From NCBI GenBank assembly GCA_963707915.1, contig OY970178.1, positions 2,848,001 through 2,912,000 of the forward strand: DNA of 64,000 nt. Direction: 5' to 3'. Source of the stretch: Candidatus Eiseniibacteriota bacterium. Lineage in GTDB: Bacteria; Eisenbacteria; RBG-16-71-46. Position numbers and translations under genes: made by a program. The notes beneath the pieces are model-generated. The model did not search any database, was not told where the DNA came from, and saw nothing but the letters and a program-made list of their open reading frames with translations. This document shows, in pieces, positions 1-9,866 of the stretch. Positions within the stretch are counted from its first letter, which is position 1; each line of letters opens with the position of its first letter.

Positions 1-131
1 GCCTCGGGAACCCCGCGCTCGATGGCCCGACTCTAGTCGCTGCCGCTGCACCCGTAAAGCGCGCCGCGCTCCGCGCTCCGTCCCGCACTCCCGGCTGGCG
101 CTTCGTGAACGGTCCGGGCTAGAGTCGCCGC

Positions 132-2189
132 GTGACCCCGGACATCCCGGTCCTGCGCGAATTGCTGCTGCTCGCGGGCGCCTCGCTCGCGGTGGTGCTG
201 TTGTTCCGCCGGCTGCGGCTGCCCGCCACGGTGGGCTTCATCGTGACCGGCATCCTGATCGGCCCCGGCGGCTTCGCGCTGGTGAGCGACCCGGCGCTGG
301 TGCGCACGCTGGCCGACTTCGGCGTCGTGGTCCTGCTCTTCACGGTGGGGCTCGAGTTCTCCTTCGCCGACCTGAAGCGCCTCGGCCGGCGCGCGCTGGT
401 GGGCGGCGCGCTCCAGGTGCTGCTCACCGTGCTGGTCGTGGCGGCCGCGCTGATGCTCGGCGGGCGGCACCCGGCGCGCGCGCTGTTCCTCGGCATGCTG
501 GTCTCGCTCTCGAGCACGGCGCTGGTGCTCAAGCTGCTCACCGACCGCATCGAGTTGCAGTCGCCGCACGGCCGCACGACCACCGGCGTGCTGCTGTTCC
601 AGGACCTGGTCGCGGTGCCGTTCCTGCTGCTGGTCGTGCCGCTCGGGCGCTGGGCGCGCGGAGAGCCGTTCACCGCCGCCGAGCTGGTGGCGGGGCTGCC
701 CCAGGCGCTGGTCGTGCTGGCGGTGGCGGCGGCCGTGCTGCTGTTCGCGCGCCGCGCCATCCCCTGGCTGCTCGGGCGCGCCTCGCGCTCGGGCTCGCGC
801 GAGGCGTTCCGGTTCGGCCTCCTGCTGGTGGTGCTGGGCAGCGCCTCGCTCGCCTCGCGCGCGGGCGGCTCGCTCGCGGTCGGCGCCTTCCTCGCGGGCC
901 TGCTGCTCGCGGGCTCCGAGCTGCGCGACCTGATCGCCGCCGACCTGCTGCCGCTGCGCGACACGCTGGCCAGCGTCTTCTTCATCGCGGTGGGCATGTC
1001 CTTCGACCCGGCGGTCGTGCTGGCGCTGCCCGGCCTGGTGGCGCTGAGCACCGCGGGGCTGGTGCTCGTCAAGGTGGTCATGGCCTTCCTCGCCCTGCGC
1101 GTGAGCGGTGCCCCGGCGCGGGTCTCGTTCGCCGCGGCGCTGGCGCTGGCGCAGATCGGCGAGTTCTCCTTCGTGATCGCCCAGGCCGGCCGGCCGCTCG
1201 GGCTGCTGGGCGGGAGCGGCTCGCAGGCCTTCTTCGCGGGCGCGGTGTTCTCGCTGCTGCTCACGCCGTTCGTGGTGCCGCTGGCCCCGGCCTGGGCGCT
1301 CGCCCTCGACCGCGTGCTGCCGGGGCGCGGGCGGGCCGCGGCGGCGGGCGCGGACGCGGGGGACGAGGCGGGGCCGGCGCGCGGCGGGGACGCCGCGCCG
1401 CGGCGCCCGCGGGAGAACCACGTGGTCATCGCGGGCTTCGGCGTGAACGGGCAGAACGTCGCCCGCGTGCTGCGCTCGGTGCGCCTGCCGCACCTGGTCG
1501 TGGACCTGGACCCGGACGCCGTGGCCCTGGGGCACGGGCAGGGCAGCCCGGTGATGGTCGGCGACATCGGCAACGCGCTCATCCAGCGCGAGGCGGGCGT
1601 GCCGCGCGCGCGGGTGGTGGTGCTCGCGCTCAGCGATCCCACCGCCACGCGCCACGCCTGCCGCATGGCGCGCTCGCTCTCGAGCGAGGCGTTCATCATC
1701 GTGCGCACGCGCTACGTGGACGAGATCGACCAGCTCTACGCCGCGGGCGCGAACCAGGTCATCCCCGAGGAGTTCGAGACCTCGATCGAGATCTTCACCG
1801 CGGTGATGCGCGAGCTGCACGTGCCCACGAACATCGTGCAGGCGCAGATCACCCTGCTGCGGCAGGAACGCTACAGCCTGCTGCGCGGCCGGCGGCTGCA
1901 GGGCGCGATCCTCGATCAGCTGCCGACCATCCTGCTCGAGCGCACCACCGACACGTTCCTGCTGCTGCAGGAGTCGCCCGCCGTCGGTCGCACCGTGGGC
2001 GAGGCCGGCCTGGGCGCGGCGGGCGGGGCCAGGCTCGTGGCGATCGTGCGCGGCGGGCGTCCCCTGACCGCCGTCGGGGACGACTTCCGCCTGGGCGTCG
2101 GCGACACGCTGGTCGTGACCGGCACGCACGCCGAGGTGGACCGGGTGTTCGAACGACTGAGCCCGCCCACGGCGCCCGGCCTGCCCTGA
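132..2189 (+). CDS. CPA2-family (Kef-type) K+/H+ antiporter with TrkA-N and TrkA-C domains
   Basis: Polytopic membrane N-terminal half (LLFTVGLEFS, LLFQDL, LAQIGEFSFV), then a Rossmann-type KTN motif VIAGFGVNG and a C-terminal RCK-C (GDTLVVTG). Confidence 0.9.
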   Translation: MTPDIPVLRELLLLAGASLAVVLLFRRLRLPATVGFIVTGILIGPGGFALVSDPALVRTLADFGVVVLLFTVGLEFSFADLKRLGRRALVGGALQVLLTVLVVAAALMLGGRHPARALFLGMLVSLSSTALVLKLLTDRIELQSPHGRTTTGVLLFQDLVAVPFLLLVVPLGRWARGEPFTAAELVAGLPQALVVLAVAAAVLLFARRAIPWLLGRASRSGSREAFRFGLLLVVLGSASLASRAGGSLAVGAFLAGLLLAGSELRDLIAADLLPLRDTLASVFFIAVGMSFDPAVVLALPGLVALSTAGLVLVKVVMAFLALRVSGAPARVSFAAALALAQIGEFSFVIAQAGRPLGLLGGSGSQAFFAGAVFSLLLTPFVVPLAPAWALALDRVLPGRGRAAAAGADAGDEAGPARGGDAAPRRPRENHVVIAGFGVNGQNVARVLRSVRLPHLVVDLDPDAVALGHGQGSPVMVGDIGNALIQREAGVPRARVVVLALSDPTATRHACRMARSLSSEAFIIVRTRYVDEIDQLYAAGANQVIPEEFETSIEIFTAVMRELHVPTNIVQAQITLLRQERYSLLRGRRLQGAILDQLPTILLERTTDTFLLLQESPAVGRTVGEAGLGAAGGARLVAIVRGGRPLTAVGDDFRLGVGDTLVVTGTHAEVDRVFERLSPPTAPGLP

Positions 2190-2223
2190 GCGGCGCCGGG
2201 CCCGGGCGCGCGGGCCGCGCCGC

Positions 2224-2232
2224 TGCTATGAT
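2224..2232 (+). promoter_or_regulatory. Putative extended -10 promoter (TGCTATGAT)
   Basis: TGnTATGAT about 33 nt upstream of the ATG at 2266. Confidence 0.45.
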
Positions 2233-2265
2233 GCGCCGAGCCACCCGACCGGTACCGGGAGACCC

Positions 2266-3669
2266 ATGCCCCTCCGCCTGCGCCTCCTCTGCTTCCTCCT
2301 CGTGAGCCTCGCGTGGGTCGCGGCGTTCCCCGGCGCCGCCCCGGCGGCCGCCGCGCGCGCCGCGACGTTCGTCTTCGGCGGCACGATCGCGGAGCCGGGC
2401 GGCCGGCCGATCCGGGGCGCGAAGGTGCTGCTGCGGGGCGTGCTCGATCCCGCCGCGCGGAGCGACGCCGAGGGTCGCTTCTCCTTTTCCTACGTCGTGC
2501 CGGACATGGAGGCGCTGGCGTCGGCGCCGCTGCAGCTCGTCCTGGGCGCGAGACACCGGAACTGGAACCTCGCGCTGCCGACCGGCGAGGGCGCGCTCGC
2601 GGTCGAGTTGCGGCTCGTGCGCCCGGCGGACGGGACCGCCCGGCTCGAGGTGCGCTCGAACGATGCCGCGGTGGCGAAGGCCGTGGCCGCGTCGTTCGAC
2701 GTGCCCGGCGACGCGACCATCGCGCTGCGCGCCGCGTTCATGAGGCAACGGGGGGCCGAGGACCGCTCCGAACCGAAGTGGACCGCGCTCGAGACCGTCG
2801 CGGCGCCGGCGCCGGTCGTCGTGCCGACCGCGCCCGCCGCGGTGCGCACGACTTCGACTTCCGCACCCGCCCCGGTCGTCGCGCCGCCGGCGCCCGCGCC
2901 GGTCGTCGCGCTGCTGGCGCCCGCCCCGCGGGCCGACACCGTGCGAGCAGCGCCTGCCGTGCCGGCGCCGCGAAGGCGGCCCGAGCGCCCCGGGAGCCTG
3001 AGCCTGTTCCCGAGCGCGCCCGAACCGGGCTCGGTGCGGAAGCCCGCGCCCGCGCGAGGCGCGGAGCCGGCCCGTGCGCCGGTCGTGACGCCGGCACCCG
3101 CGTCGCCGCCGGCGGACAGCCTCGGCGTCCGCCGCGCGACCCGGGCGGGCGTCGCCGCGTCCGCGCCGCCGGTGGTCGTTCGGGAGATCGCCGGCCCGCG
3201 GGTCGTGACGGACACCGCCGCCACCCCGGTCCCCGGCATCCGCGTCTCGGTGCGGCCCGACACTCTCGCTCCCGCTCCGCGCGGCGCGGGCTCCACCGCG
3301 CCGGGCGCCGGCGCGCTGCGCGTCGCGCTCGGCCGGGCGGTCGCCGCTCCGGACCTGCGCGATTCGACCGGGCGACCCTGCGAGTGCGAGGTGGAGGGCA
3401 CCGTCGAGGTGAGCGCGGACCGCTCGCTCCACTCCACGCTGCAGGTGGTCGTGTCGCTCGCGGGGATGCCGGCGCGCTGCGACACCGTGGCGCTCTTCAT
3501 GGGGCCGCCGCGCCCGTTCGACCTCGGGCGCGTCCCGTGCGGGAGCCACCGGCTCGAGGTGCGGCCGCTCTCGTCGCGCCTCTTCAAGGTGGCCGCCCCC
3601 GCGCTGGACGCGTTCGACTGCGGCGGGGGCCGGTTGCGACAGTTCCGGGTGGTGCTGACGCCGCAGTGA
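2266..3669 (+). CDS. Secreted hypothetical protein: carboxypeptidase-regulatory-like N-terminal domain, Pro/Ala-rich linker, Cys-containing C-terminal domain
   Basis: Signal-peptide-like N-terminus; GTIAEPGGRPIRGAKV...SDAEGRFSF pattern; long PA-rich central region. Confidence 0.6.
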   Translation: MPLRLRLLCFLLVSLAWVAAFPGAAPAAAARAATFVFGGTIAEPGGRPIRGAKVLLRGVLDPAARSDAEGRFSFSYVVPDMEALASAPLQLVLGARHRNWNLALPTGEGALAVELRLVRPADGTARLEVRSNDAAVAKAVAASFDVPGDATIALRAAFMRQRGAEDRSEPKWTALETVAAPAPVVVPTAPAAVRTTSTSAPAPVVAPPAPAPVVALLAPAPRADTVRAAPAVPAPRRRPERPGSLSLFPSAPEPGSVRKPAPARGAEPARAPVVTPAPASPPADSLGVRRATRAGVAASAPPVVVREIAGPRVVTDTAATPVPGIRVSVRPDTLAPAPRGAGSTAPGAGALRVALGRAVAAPDLRDSTGRPCECEVEGTVEVSADRSLHSTLQVVVSLAGMPARCDTVALFMGPPRPFDLGRVPCGSHRLEVRPLSSRLFKVAAPALDAFDCGGGRLRQFRVVLTPQ

Positions 3670-3738
3670 GCCGGGGGTGGTCCTCCGCCCGCTGAACGCG
3701 CATCCCGCGGCGCGTCGGTCCCGTTGGCCCCTCCCCGA

Positions 3739-3767
3739 TTGAGCCCCGGCGCGTGCCGGGTTAGCCT
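3739..3767 (+). promoter_or_regulatory. Sigma70-type promoter of a leaderless transcript (TTGAGC-17-TAGCCT)
   Basis: -35 at 3739-3744, -10 at 3762-3767, ATG 6 nt downstream, no Shine-Dalgarno. Confidence 0.55.
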
Positions 3768-3773
3768 CGCCGC

Positions 3774-5363
3774 ATGGATCCCGTTCCCTCCGCCGAGCGC
3801 GCGCTCGCGCTCACCGAGCGGCTCGTGGGCTTCCCGAGCGTCAGCCCCGACCTGGTGGCCGAGACCGCCTGCGCCGCGGAGTTGCGCGCACTGCTGCCCG
3901 CCGGGCTGGAGCAGGGCGAGTGGTACGCGCCCGACGGCCGGCCGGTGGTCTGGGCGCGGCTGCGCGGTCGCGGCGCCGGAACCGGGCCGCGGCGGATGAC
4001 GCTCCTGCTCTCGCACTACGACACCGTGGGGGTGGACGAGTTCGCCGCGCTCGGCGGGCGGCGCGGCGACCGCATCGCCTTCGACCCGGCCGCCCTGCGC
4101 GAGTTGTTCGTGAAGTACGCGCCCGAGACGCTGCCGGCCGGGTCGCACACGCTGCTCGCGGACCTGGCCGAGGAGAAGGCGCACCCCGGCACCTGGATGT
4201 TCGGGCGCGGCGCGCTCGACACCAAGAGCGGCATCGCCGCGGGGATCGTGGCGCTCGAGGCCCTGGCGCGGGACGAAGCGCTGGCCGGGGACGTGCTCTT
4301 CGTCTCGTGCCCCGACGAGGAGCACGGCTCGGCCGGGATGCTGGCCGCCGTCCCCGAGCTGGCGCGGTTGAAGCGCGAGGAGGGGCTCGACCTGGTGGGC
4401 GGGCTCAACCTCGACATCGCGCCCGAGCCCATGGCCTACGCCGGCGTGGTGGGCAAGGCGCTCGCCGGGCTCTACGTGCTGGGCCGTCCCACGCACGCCA
4501 GCACGCCGTTCGAGGGGGTGGACGCCGCGCAGCTGGCCGCCACCATCGTGGCGCATGCCACCTCGAGCCGCGAGCTGGTGGACTGCTCCGGCGGCCACGC
4601 CGCCGCTCCGCCGGTGGCCCTGCGGATACGCGACCTCAAGTCGGTCTACAACCTGCAGACCGTCGCGGAGGCTGAGGTCGAGCTCAACCTCATCACCATC
4701 TCCCGGCCGCTCTCCGTGACCCTCGACTGCCTGCGCCGGGTGACGCAGGGCGCGCTCGCGGAGCTGCTGCGCTCGATGCGGGAGCTGGCGTCGTGGGCCC
4801 AGCCGGGCGTGCCCGTTCGTGCCGCCCCTGCGAACGGCGAGGGGCAGGTGCTGCTCTGGCCCGAGCTGCTCCGGCTCGCGGGCGAGCCCGGCGAGTTGTT
4901 CGAGATCGGCGATTCCCCCGACGTGCGCGCCGCCACGCTGGCCCGCCTGCGCCACGTGGTGCGCGAGGCGCGGCTGCACGGCCCGGCCGTCGTCATCCAC
5001 CTGCTGCCGCCCTACTACCCGTGCGCCGAGCCCGGCAAGGGACCGCTGGTGCGCGCGGTTCGCGGGGTGATGGCGCGAGCGGGGCTCGAGGTGAGACCCT
5101 TCCACCCGCTCGTCACCGACGCGTCGTACCTGGCGTGGCGCGGCGAGCCACCCGAGGTGCTCGAGCGCCACATGCCGGCCTACGGGCGCGAGTACGCGCT
5201 CCCGCTCGAGGCGATGCGCGCGCTCGACCTCGACGTGGTGAACCTCGGCCCGTGGGGCCGCGATCCGCACGGGCGCTTCGAGCGCGTGCGCTGCGACTGG
5301 ACGTTCGGGCGGCTGCCCGGACTGGTGGCGGAGACCGTGAAGCGCAGCCTGGAGCCCCGATGA
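3774..5363 (+). CDS. rocB: M20/M25/M40 metallohydrolase, RocB-like (arginine utilisation protein)
   Basis: SHYDTV, FGRGALDTKSG, PDEEHGSAGM and NLGPWGRDPHGRFER motifs typical of the RocB subfamily. Confidence 0.75.
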   Translation: MDPVPSAERALALTERLVGFPSVSPDLVAETACAAELRALLPAGLEQGEWYAPDGRPVVWARLRGRGAGTGPRRMTLLLSHYDTVGVDEFAALGGRRGDRIAFDPAALRELFVKYAPETLPAGSHTLLADLAEEKAHPGTWMFGRGALDTKSGIAAGIVALEALARDEALAGDVLFVSCPDEEHGSAGMLAAVPELARLKREEGLDLVGGLNLDIAPEPMAYAGVVGKALAGLYVLGRPTHASTPFEGVDAAQLAATIVAHATSSRELVDCSGGHAAAPPVALRIRDLKSVYNLQTVAEAEVELNLITISRPLSVTLDCLRRVTQGALAELLRSMRELASWAQPGVPVRAAPANGEGQVLLWPELLRLAGEPGELFEIGDSPDVRAATLARLRHVVREARLHGPAVVIHLLPPYYPCAEPGKGPLVRAVRGVMARAGLEVRPFHPLVTDASYLAWRGEPPEVLERHMPAYGREYALPLEAMRALDLDVVNLGPWGRDPHGRFERVRCDWTFGRLPGLVAETVKRSLEPR

Positions 5364-6214
5364 AGGAAGCCGAAGTCCCCGCCCGCGCGAATCCGCTCAC
5401 GCCCTGGCGCTTCGCCCGGAACGTCACCACCGGCGTGCTCGACCACCAGTCCATGGGCTCGGCGGCGATGATCGCCTACTACCTGCTGTTCGCGACGTTC
5501 CCCTTCCTGCTAACGCTCGCCAGCCTGCTGGCGTTCCTGCCCATCCCGAACCTCATGGACTGGCTGCTGCGCCTGCTCGGCGAGGTCGTGCCGTCGGCCG
5601 CGGTGGACCTGATGCGCAATAGCGTCCGGCGCCTGGTGACGCGGCAGCACAGCGGGCTGCTCTCGGTCGGCATCGTGGTCTCGGTCTGGGCCGCCGCGAA
5701 CGCGGTCGAGGCCTTCATGCAGGCGCTCAACCGGGTCTACGGGCTGCGCGAGCACCGGCCGTTCTGGCGGACGCGGGGCATCGCCCTCCTGCTCGCGGTC
5801 GGGGTCTCGCTGTTCACCGTGCTGGGCCTGCTCGCGCTCTGGTTCGGCGCGCGGGTGAGCCACTGGTGGGCCGGTCGCGGCGGGCTCGGGCCGCTCCCGG
5901 TGCAGGTCTGGGACACCGCACGCTGGCCGCTGGTGCTGCTGTTCCTGATCGTGGCGATCGACCAGCTCTACTACATCGGGCCGGCGGTGCGGCAGCGCTG
6001 GCGCTGGGTCACGCCGGGGGCCGTGGTCGCGGTGCTCGGCTGGGTCGCGGCCTCGCTCGGCTTCTCCGCCTACGTGCGCCACTTCGGCTCGTACAACGCG
6101 ACCTACGGCAGCATCGGCGCGGTCATCATCCTGCTCACCTGGATGTACCTGACCGCGTTCCTCGTGCTGCTCGGGGCCGAGATCAACGCCGCGGTGGGCG
6201 AGCGGGAGACCTAG
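5360..6214 (+). CDS. YihY/BrkB-family inner membrane protein
   Basis: ATGA overlap with the upstream gene; AAMIAYY, ALNRVYG, PGAVVA and YNATYGSIGAVIILLTWMY motifs. Confidence 0.9.
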   Translation: MKEAEVPARANPLTPWRFARNVTTGVLDHQSMGSAAMIAYYLLFATFPFLLTLASLLAFLPIPNLMDWLLRLLGEVVPSAAVDLMRNSVRRLVTRQHSGLLSVGIVVSVWAAANAVEAFMQALNRVYGLREHRPFWRTRGIALLLAVGVSLFTVLGLLALWFGARVSHWWAGRGGLGPLPVQVWDTARWPLVLLFLIVAIDQLYYIGPAVRQRWRWVTPGAVVAVLGWVAASLGFSAYVRHFGSYNATYGSIGAVIILLTWMYLTAFLVLLGAEINAAVGERET

Positions 6215-6270
6215 CCCGGGCGGTCCGCCGTTCGCGCGCGCGGTACGCTCCGGCGCACCGTCCCCGGAGC

Positions 6271-6300
6271 CGGACGGCCACCCCGAAGGGCGGCCGTCCG
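6271..6300. terminator. GC-rich hairpin between convergent genes
   Basis: CGGACGGCC-A-CCC-CGAA-GGG-C-GGCCGTCCG stem-loop. Confidence 0.55.
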
Positions 6301-6325
6301 ACCGTCAGGACCGGGCGCGATCCCG

Positions 6326-7855
6326 TCAACGAACCAGCACGACACGGGCGCGCAGGTCGAGCCCTTCCCCATGCAGCCGGGCGAAGTACACGCCCGCACG
6401 CAGCGACTGGCCGCCCTGGTCCACGCCCTGCCAGTTCCACTCGCCATTCGTTCCGTCCAGGCGCGTCGCCCAGCGCCGCGCACCCGCAGCGTCGAAGATC
6501 TCGAGGTCGAGCGGGGCCGCGGTCGGCCTCCACGAGAAGCGCACCGTTCCCCGGGCGGGCTGCGGTCGCACGGTCAGTGCCAACCGCGGCGGCCGCGGCG
6601 GATCCACGACCCCGATGACCGGGTTCGCGATCCCGAGAGTCAGCGCGAGCGGGACCCCCTCCGGCGGCACCAGGGGGTTCCCGAGCAGGTCGAACAGCGG
6701 CAAGGGGGAATAGAGCCACACCGTGGTCAACTCGCCCGCCATGTTGGCGGCTTCCATGCCGGCCAGGAAGGGAGAGCCGATGGTGTTCTCGATCCCGTGC
6801 GCCCACGGCGGGGGGATCACGAGGTACGCCTGGATCATGCCCAGGTAGCCGGGCACGTTCGCCGGCATGTAGGCGGCCTCCGCCAGGTACCCGTCGAGCA
6901 GCGAGTCCCCGGTGACGGTGTCCACGATCTGCACGTAGGTGTCGGCGAGGTGGACCGTGCCGTTCTCCTGCGCTCCGATGAGCAGGAAGTGCTGGACGTG
7001 GACCGCCCCGCGTCCGACGATCGGGTCCGTCGGGAACTGGGCCTCGTTGATCAGCCCCGGACCGACGACCACCAGGCTGCCGACCGCCTCGTCGAAGAAG
7101 CCCTGGCTTCCGCCGAGCGCCGCGCAGTTCGACTTCGAGCCGTCGGGCACCAGCGGATCCTGGCCCGCCGGCGGAGCCACGCAGTGCTCCGCGATGGCCT
7201 GCGTGATGCCCTGAGCGGTGTTGACCGTCTCGCTGGTGCCGTGGTCGGTGAGGCCGTCATAGGTCGAGTTGAGGACGTTCATCTGCCGGAAGATGGCGTC
7301 CATGGCCGCCTGCATCCGCCGGTCCCGCTCGGCCTGCGCCTGCGCCAGGGCGTCGGCCGCCCGCTCCGCGTTGGTGGCCCCCTTGCCCTTGAACTTCATC
7401 CCGGTGAAGCCGCGCATGGCGTCTTCCACCTTCTTCTTCGCGTTCTGGTCGTACTCGTAGTGGTTGAGCGAGTCGTGGCCGCTCTCGTGCGCGCGCAGCG
7501 CGCTGTCGGCGTTCGAAGGCACGCGAATGTCGGTATGCCCGGTCAGCGTGATGTCGCCCAGCGAGGTGACCGTGAACGTGCTGTCGGCGGGGTTCCACGA
7601 GCCGCCGACCGCTCCGCCGCTCCAACCGATCCAGGCCGTGGCGTCGGCGTCCTCCCCGGGGGGCAGGTCCGGCGGTGGGTTGTCGGGTGGGAACTCGGTG
7701 ATGTCGGGCGGGCCCCACGGCGTGACGGTGACGCCGGCCGAGGCTGTCGCGGCCGAGACCGTGAGCAGGGCCAGGAAGAGGAGAGACACCCAGGGGGTTG
7801 CGGGGTGTCCGACGCGGGCCGACTGGCGTCGGCCGGGATGTAGCGAGTGGAACAT
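6326..7855 (-). CDS. Secreted protein with DUF922-like HExxH domain and C-terminal FlgD-Ig/T9SS-CTD-like domain
   Basis: Signal peptide; RAHESGH and YDGLTDHG motifs; C-terminus PQPARG...LEIFDAAG...WQGVDQGG...GVYFARL. Confidence 0.6.
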   Translation of the reverse strand: MFHSLHPGRRQSARVGHPATPWVSLLFLALLTVSAATASAGVTVTPWGPPDITEFPPDNPPPDLPPGEDADATAWIGWSGGAVGGSWNPADSTFTVTSLGDITLTGHTDIRVPSNADSALRAHESGHDSLNHYEYDQNAKKKVEDAMRGFTGMKFKGKGATNAERAADALAQAQAERDRRMQAAMDAIFRQMNVLNSTYDGLTDHGTSETVNTAQGITQAIAEHCVAPPAGQDPLVPDGSKSNCAALGGSQGFFDEAVGSLVVVGPGLINEAQFPTDPIVGRGAVHVQHFLLIGAQENGTVHLADTYVQIVDTVTGDSLLDGYLAEAAYMPANVPGYLGMIQAYLVIPPPWAHGIENTIGSPFLAGMEAANMAGELTTVWLYSPLPLFDLLGNPLVPPEGVPLALTLGIANPVIGVVDPPRPPRLALTVRPQPARGTVRFSWRPTAAPLDLEIFDAAGARRWATRLDGTNGEWNWQGVDQGGQSLRAGVYFARLHGEGLDLRARVVLVR

Positions 7856-8124
7856 GCGGCACCTCCCGGTTGAAGGGGCTCGGGGGAGGTCGCGGCCGCG
7901 GCAGGCCCGGCGGCCCGGGGCGGGGCGCGTCCTTGCGGCGAGTCTATCTCCCGGGCGGGGTGCCGGGCCACAGGATTCGTCACGCGGCGGATCGCGCCGG
8001 GAGGCGGGCCAGGGCCGGCTCTTCGCGTGCCGGGCCGCGTGCCGGGCGGGCGGGGCGAACTGACGAACGCCCAGGGCGATGCGGGGCGGGGGACACGATC
8101 CCCGGGCGCGGCCAGGACCTTCGA

Positions 8125-9357
8125 TCAGGCGGGCCGGTCCCCGGAAGACGTCCTGGCCACCCGCCGGTACACCGCCTCGAGCCGCGACACCACGGCCTCG
8201 CGCCCGTAGCGCTCCAGCGTCTGGCGGCGGATCCGCTCCGCGTCGTAGCGGTGCGCCTCGCCGAGCATCGAGCGCAGTGCGGCGGCGATCGCCTCGACGT
8301 CGCCGACTTCGACCAGCACGCCGGTCTCCGGCGTGACGATGGTCTCGGGCCCGCCGCAGCGGGTGGCGATGACGGGCTTGCCCGAGGCCCCGGCCTCGAC
8401 GAACACGATGCCGAAGGATTCGTGCCGGCTGGTGAGGACGAAGCAGTCGCAGCGCGCGAACTCCTCGCGGGCCCGCTCGCGCGGCAACTGGCCGAGCCAG
8501 GTGACGCAGGAGTCCAGGCGCAGTTCACCGGCCTCGCGCCGGTGCCGCCCGAGCAGCGGGCCGGCGCCGGCGATGCGGAACCGCACGCGCGGGCGGTCGC
8601 GCGCGGGCAGGTCGCCGATGAAGCGCGCCGCGCCGCGCAGCAGGTCGCTCACGCCCTTGAGCGGGTCCATGGCGCAGAGCGTGAAGAAGGTGAAGTGCGC
8701 GGGGTCGCCGGCCGGCTCGTTGCGGTAGAGCCGCTCGTCCACCAGGTTCGGGATCAGCTCGGGCTCGGGCAGGCCGAAGTCCGCGATGGTCCGGGCCAGT
8801 GCCGGTCCCACGGCGACGCGCGCGGCGGCACGCTCGAGCGGCTCGCGCAGGATGGGTTTGAGCCGGCCGTCGCCCCGCGCGTAGACCGGGAGCGGGAAGG
8901 GCCCCATGTGCTCGGTCACGACGTAGGGGATGCCGGTCTCCGCGCCCAGCTTCATGGCGATCCAGCCGGCGGGGTAGGAGACGTGCGCGTGCAGGACGTC
9001 CACCGGGCCGAAGCGCCGGACGGCGCGCCCGAGGTTGAGCCGGGCGGCGTCCAGCAGGGCCGCCCGGTTGCCGCCGAACCACCGCTCGGGCCACCACAAC
9101 GACGGGGTCATGAACTCGACCAGGTTGGGCGCCAGTTCACGCTCGCCCGCGCGCAGCGCCAACGCGTCGAGCAGGCAGCGCGGCGACTTGAGCAGGTGGG
9201 CGGTCGAGACGAACCCCTCGCCCTGGCCCCACAGGCACAGGCCCACGTTCCAGTCCGGCCGGGTCGCGGCGATGGCCCCGGCCTGCTCGACCAGGAAGCT
9301 GCCCTCCCAGGGATAGCAGCGGTGCGGGTACCAGGACGGGATGATGAAGAGGTTCAC
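8125..9357 (-). CDS. Glycosyltransferase family 4
   Basis: IIPSWYP, LHAHVSYPAG, VVTEH and ESFGIVFVEAGASGKPVIATRCGG motifs; GTG start overlaps the NUDIX stop. Confidence 0.88.
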   Translation of the reverse strand: MNLFIIPSWYPHRCYPWEGSFLVEQAGAIAATRPDWNVGLCLWGQGEGFVSTAHLLKSPRCLLDALALRAGERELAPNLVEFMTPSLWWPERWFGGNRAALLDAARLNLGRAVRRFGPVDVLHAHVSYPAGWIAMKLGAETGIPYVVTEHMGPFPLPVYARGDGRLKPILREPLERAAARVAVGPALARTIADFGLPEPELIPNLVDERLYRNEPAGDPAHFTFFTLCAMDPLKGVSDLLRGAARFIGDLPARDRPRVRFRIAGAGPLLGRHRREAGELRLDSCVTWLGQLPRERAREEFARCDCFVLTSRHESFGIVFVEAGASGKPVIATRCGGPETIVTPETGVLVEVGDVEAIAAALRSMLGEAHRYDAERIRRQTLERYGREAVVSRLEAVYRRVARTSSGDRPA

Positions 9358-9866
9358 GGGGCCGCCGTGCGGCGACGCGCTTTGCATGCGGGGCGCTCCA
9401 GCAAGTGGGTCACCTCGAGCGCCGCGGCCAGCGGGCCGCCGCGCAGGACCTGGCGCTTCGCGTCCTCGAGCCCGCGGCGCTGCGACTCCCAGAGGTAGCG
9501 CCGGCCCGCCTCGGCCGCCGGCAGGAACGCCCAGTCCACGTGCTCGCCGGACAGCCGCACGTCGGCGTCCGGCGCGGCCTCGGCCACGAACCGCGGGTAG
9601 CTGCGCATCCGGTCGCGGGACGCGTCGTAGAAGGTGGTCGGGGCCTCCAGCGCCCACCAGCGCAGCGGCACGAGGCCGGTCTCCTCGCGGACCTCGCGCG
9701 CCGCCGCGGCCAGGCCGCGCTCGCGAGGGAAGCGTCGGCCGGTCACGGGCTGCCAGACCCCGGGCAGGAAGCGGACCCGGCCGCGGCGCAGGCAGAGGAA
9801 CTCCACCTGGCGGCCCCGGCGTCGGAAGACGTAGACCTCGATGAATGCGCTGTGCGAGTCGGCCAC
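9354..9866 (-). CDS. NUDIX hydrolase (NudB/dATP pyrophosphohydrolase-like)
   Basis: WQPVTG followed by a Nudix box (AAAREVREETG) and LSGEH. Confidence 0.85.
   Translation of the reverse strand: MADSHSAFIEVYVFRRRGRQVEFLCLRRGRVRFLPGVWQPVTGRRFPRERGLAAAAREVREETGLVPLRWWALEAPTTFYDASRDRMRSYPRFVAEAAPDADVRLSGEHVDWAFLPAAEAGRRYLWESQRRGLEDAKRQVLRGGPLAAALEVTHLLERPACKARRRTAAP

Noticed and set aside
28..127. 9-bp inverted repeat CGACTCTAG / CTAGAGTCG as mobile-element ends
   Set aside because: No transposase or target duplication; better read as two divergent TAGAGT -10 boxes.
2800..2930. Tandem GCGCCGGTCGTC-like repeats as a CRISPR or repeat array
   Set aside because: They encode the APAPVV linker in frame; there are no spacers or cas genes.
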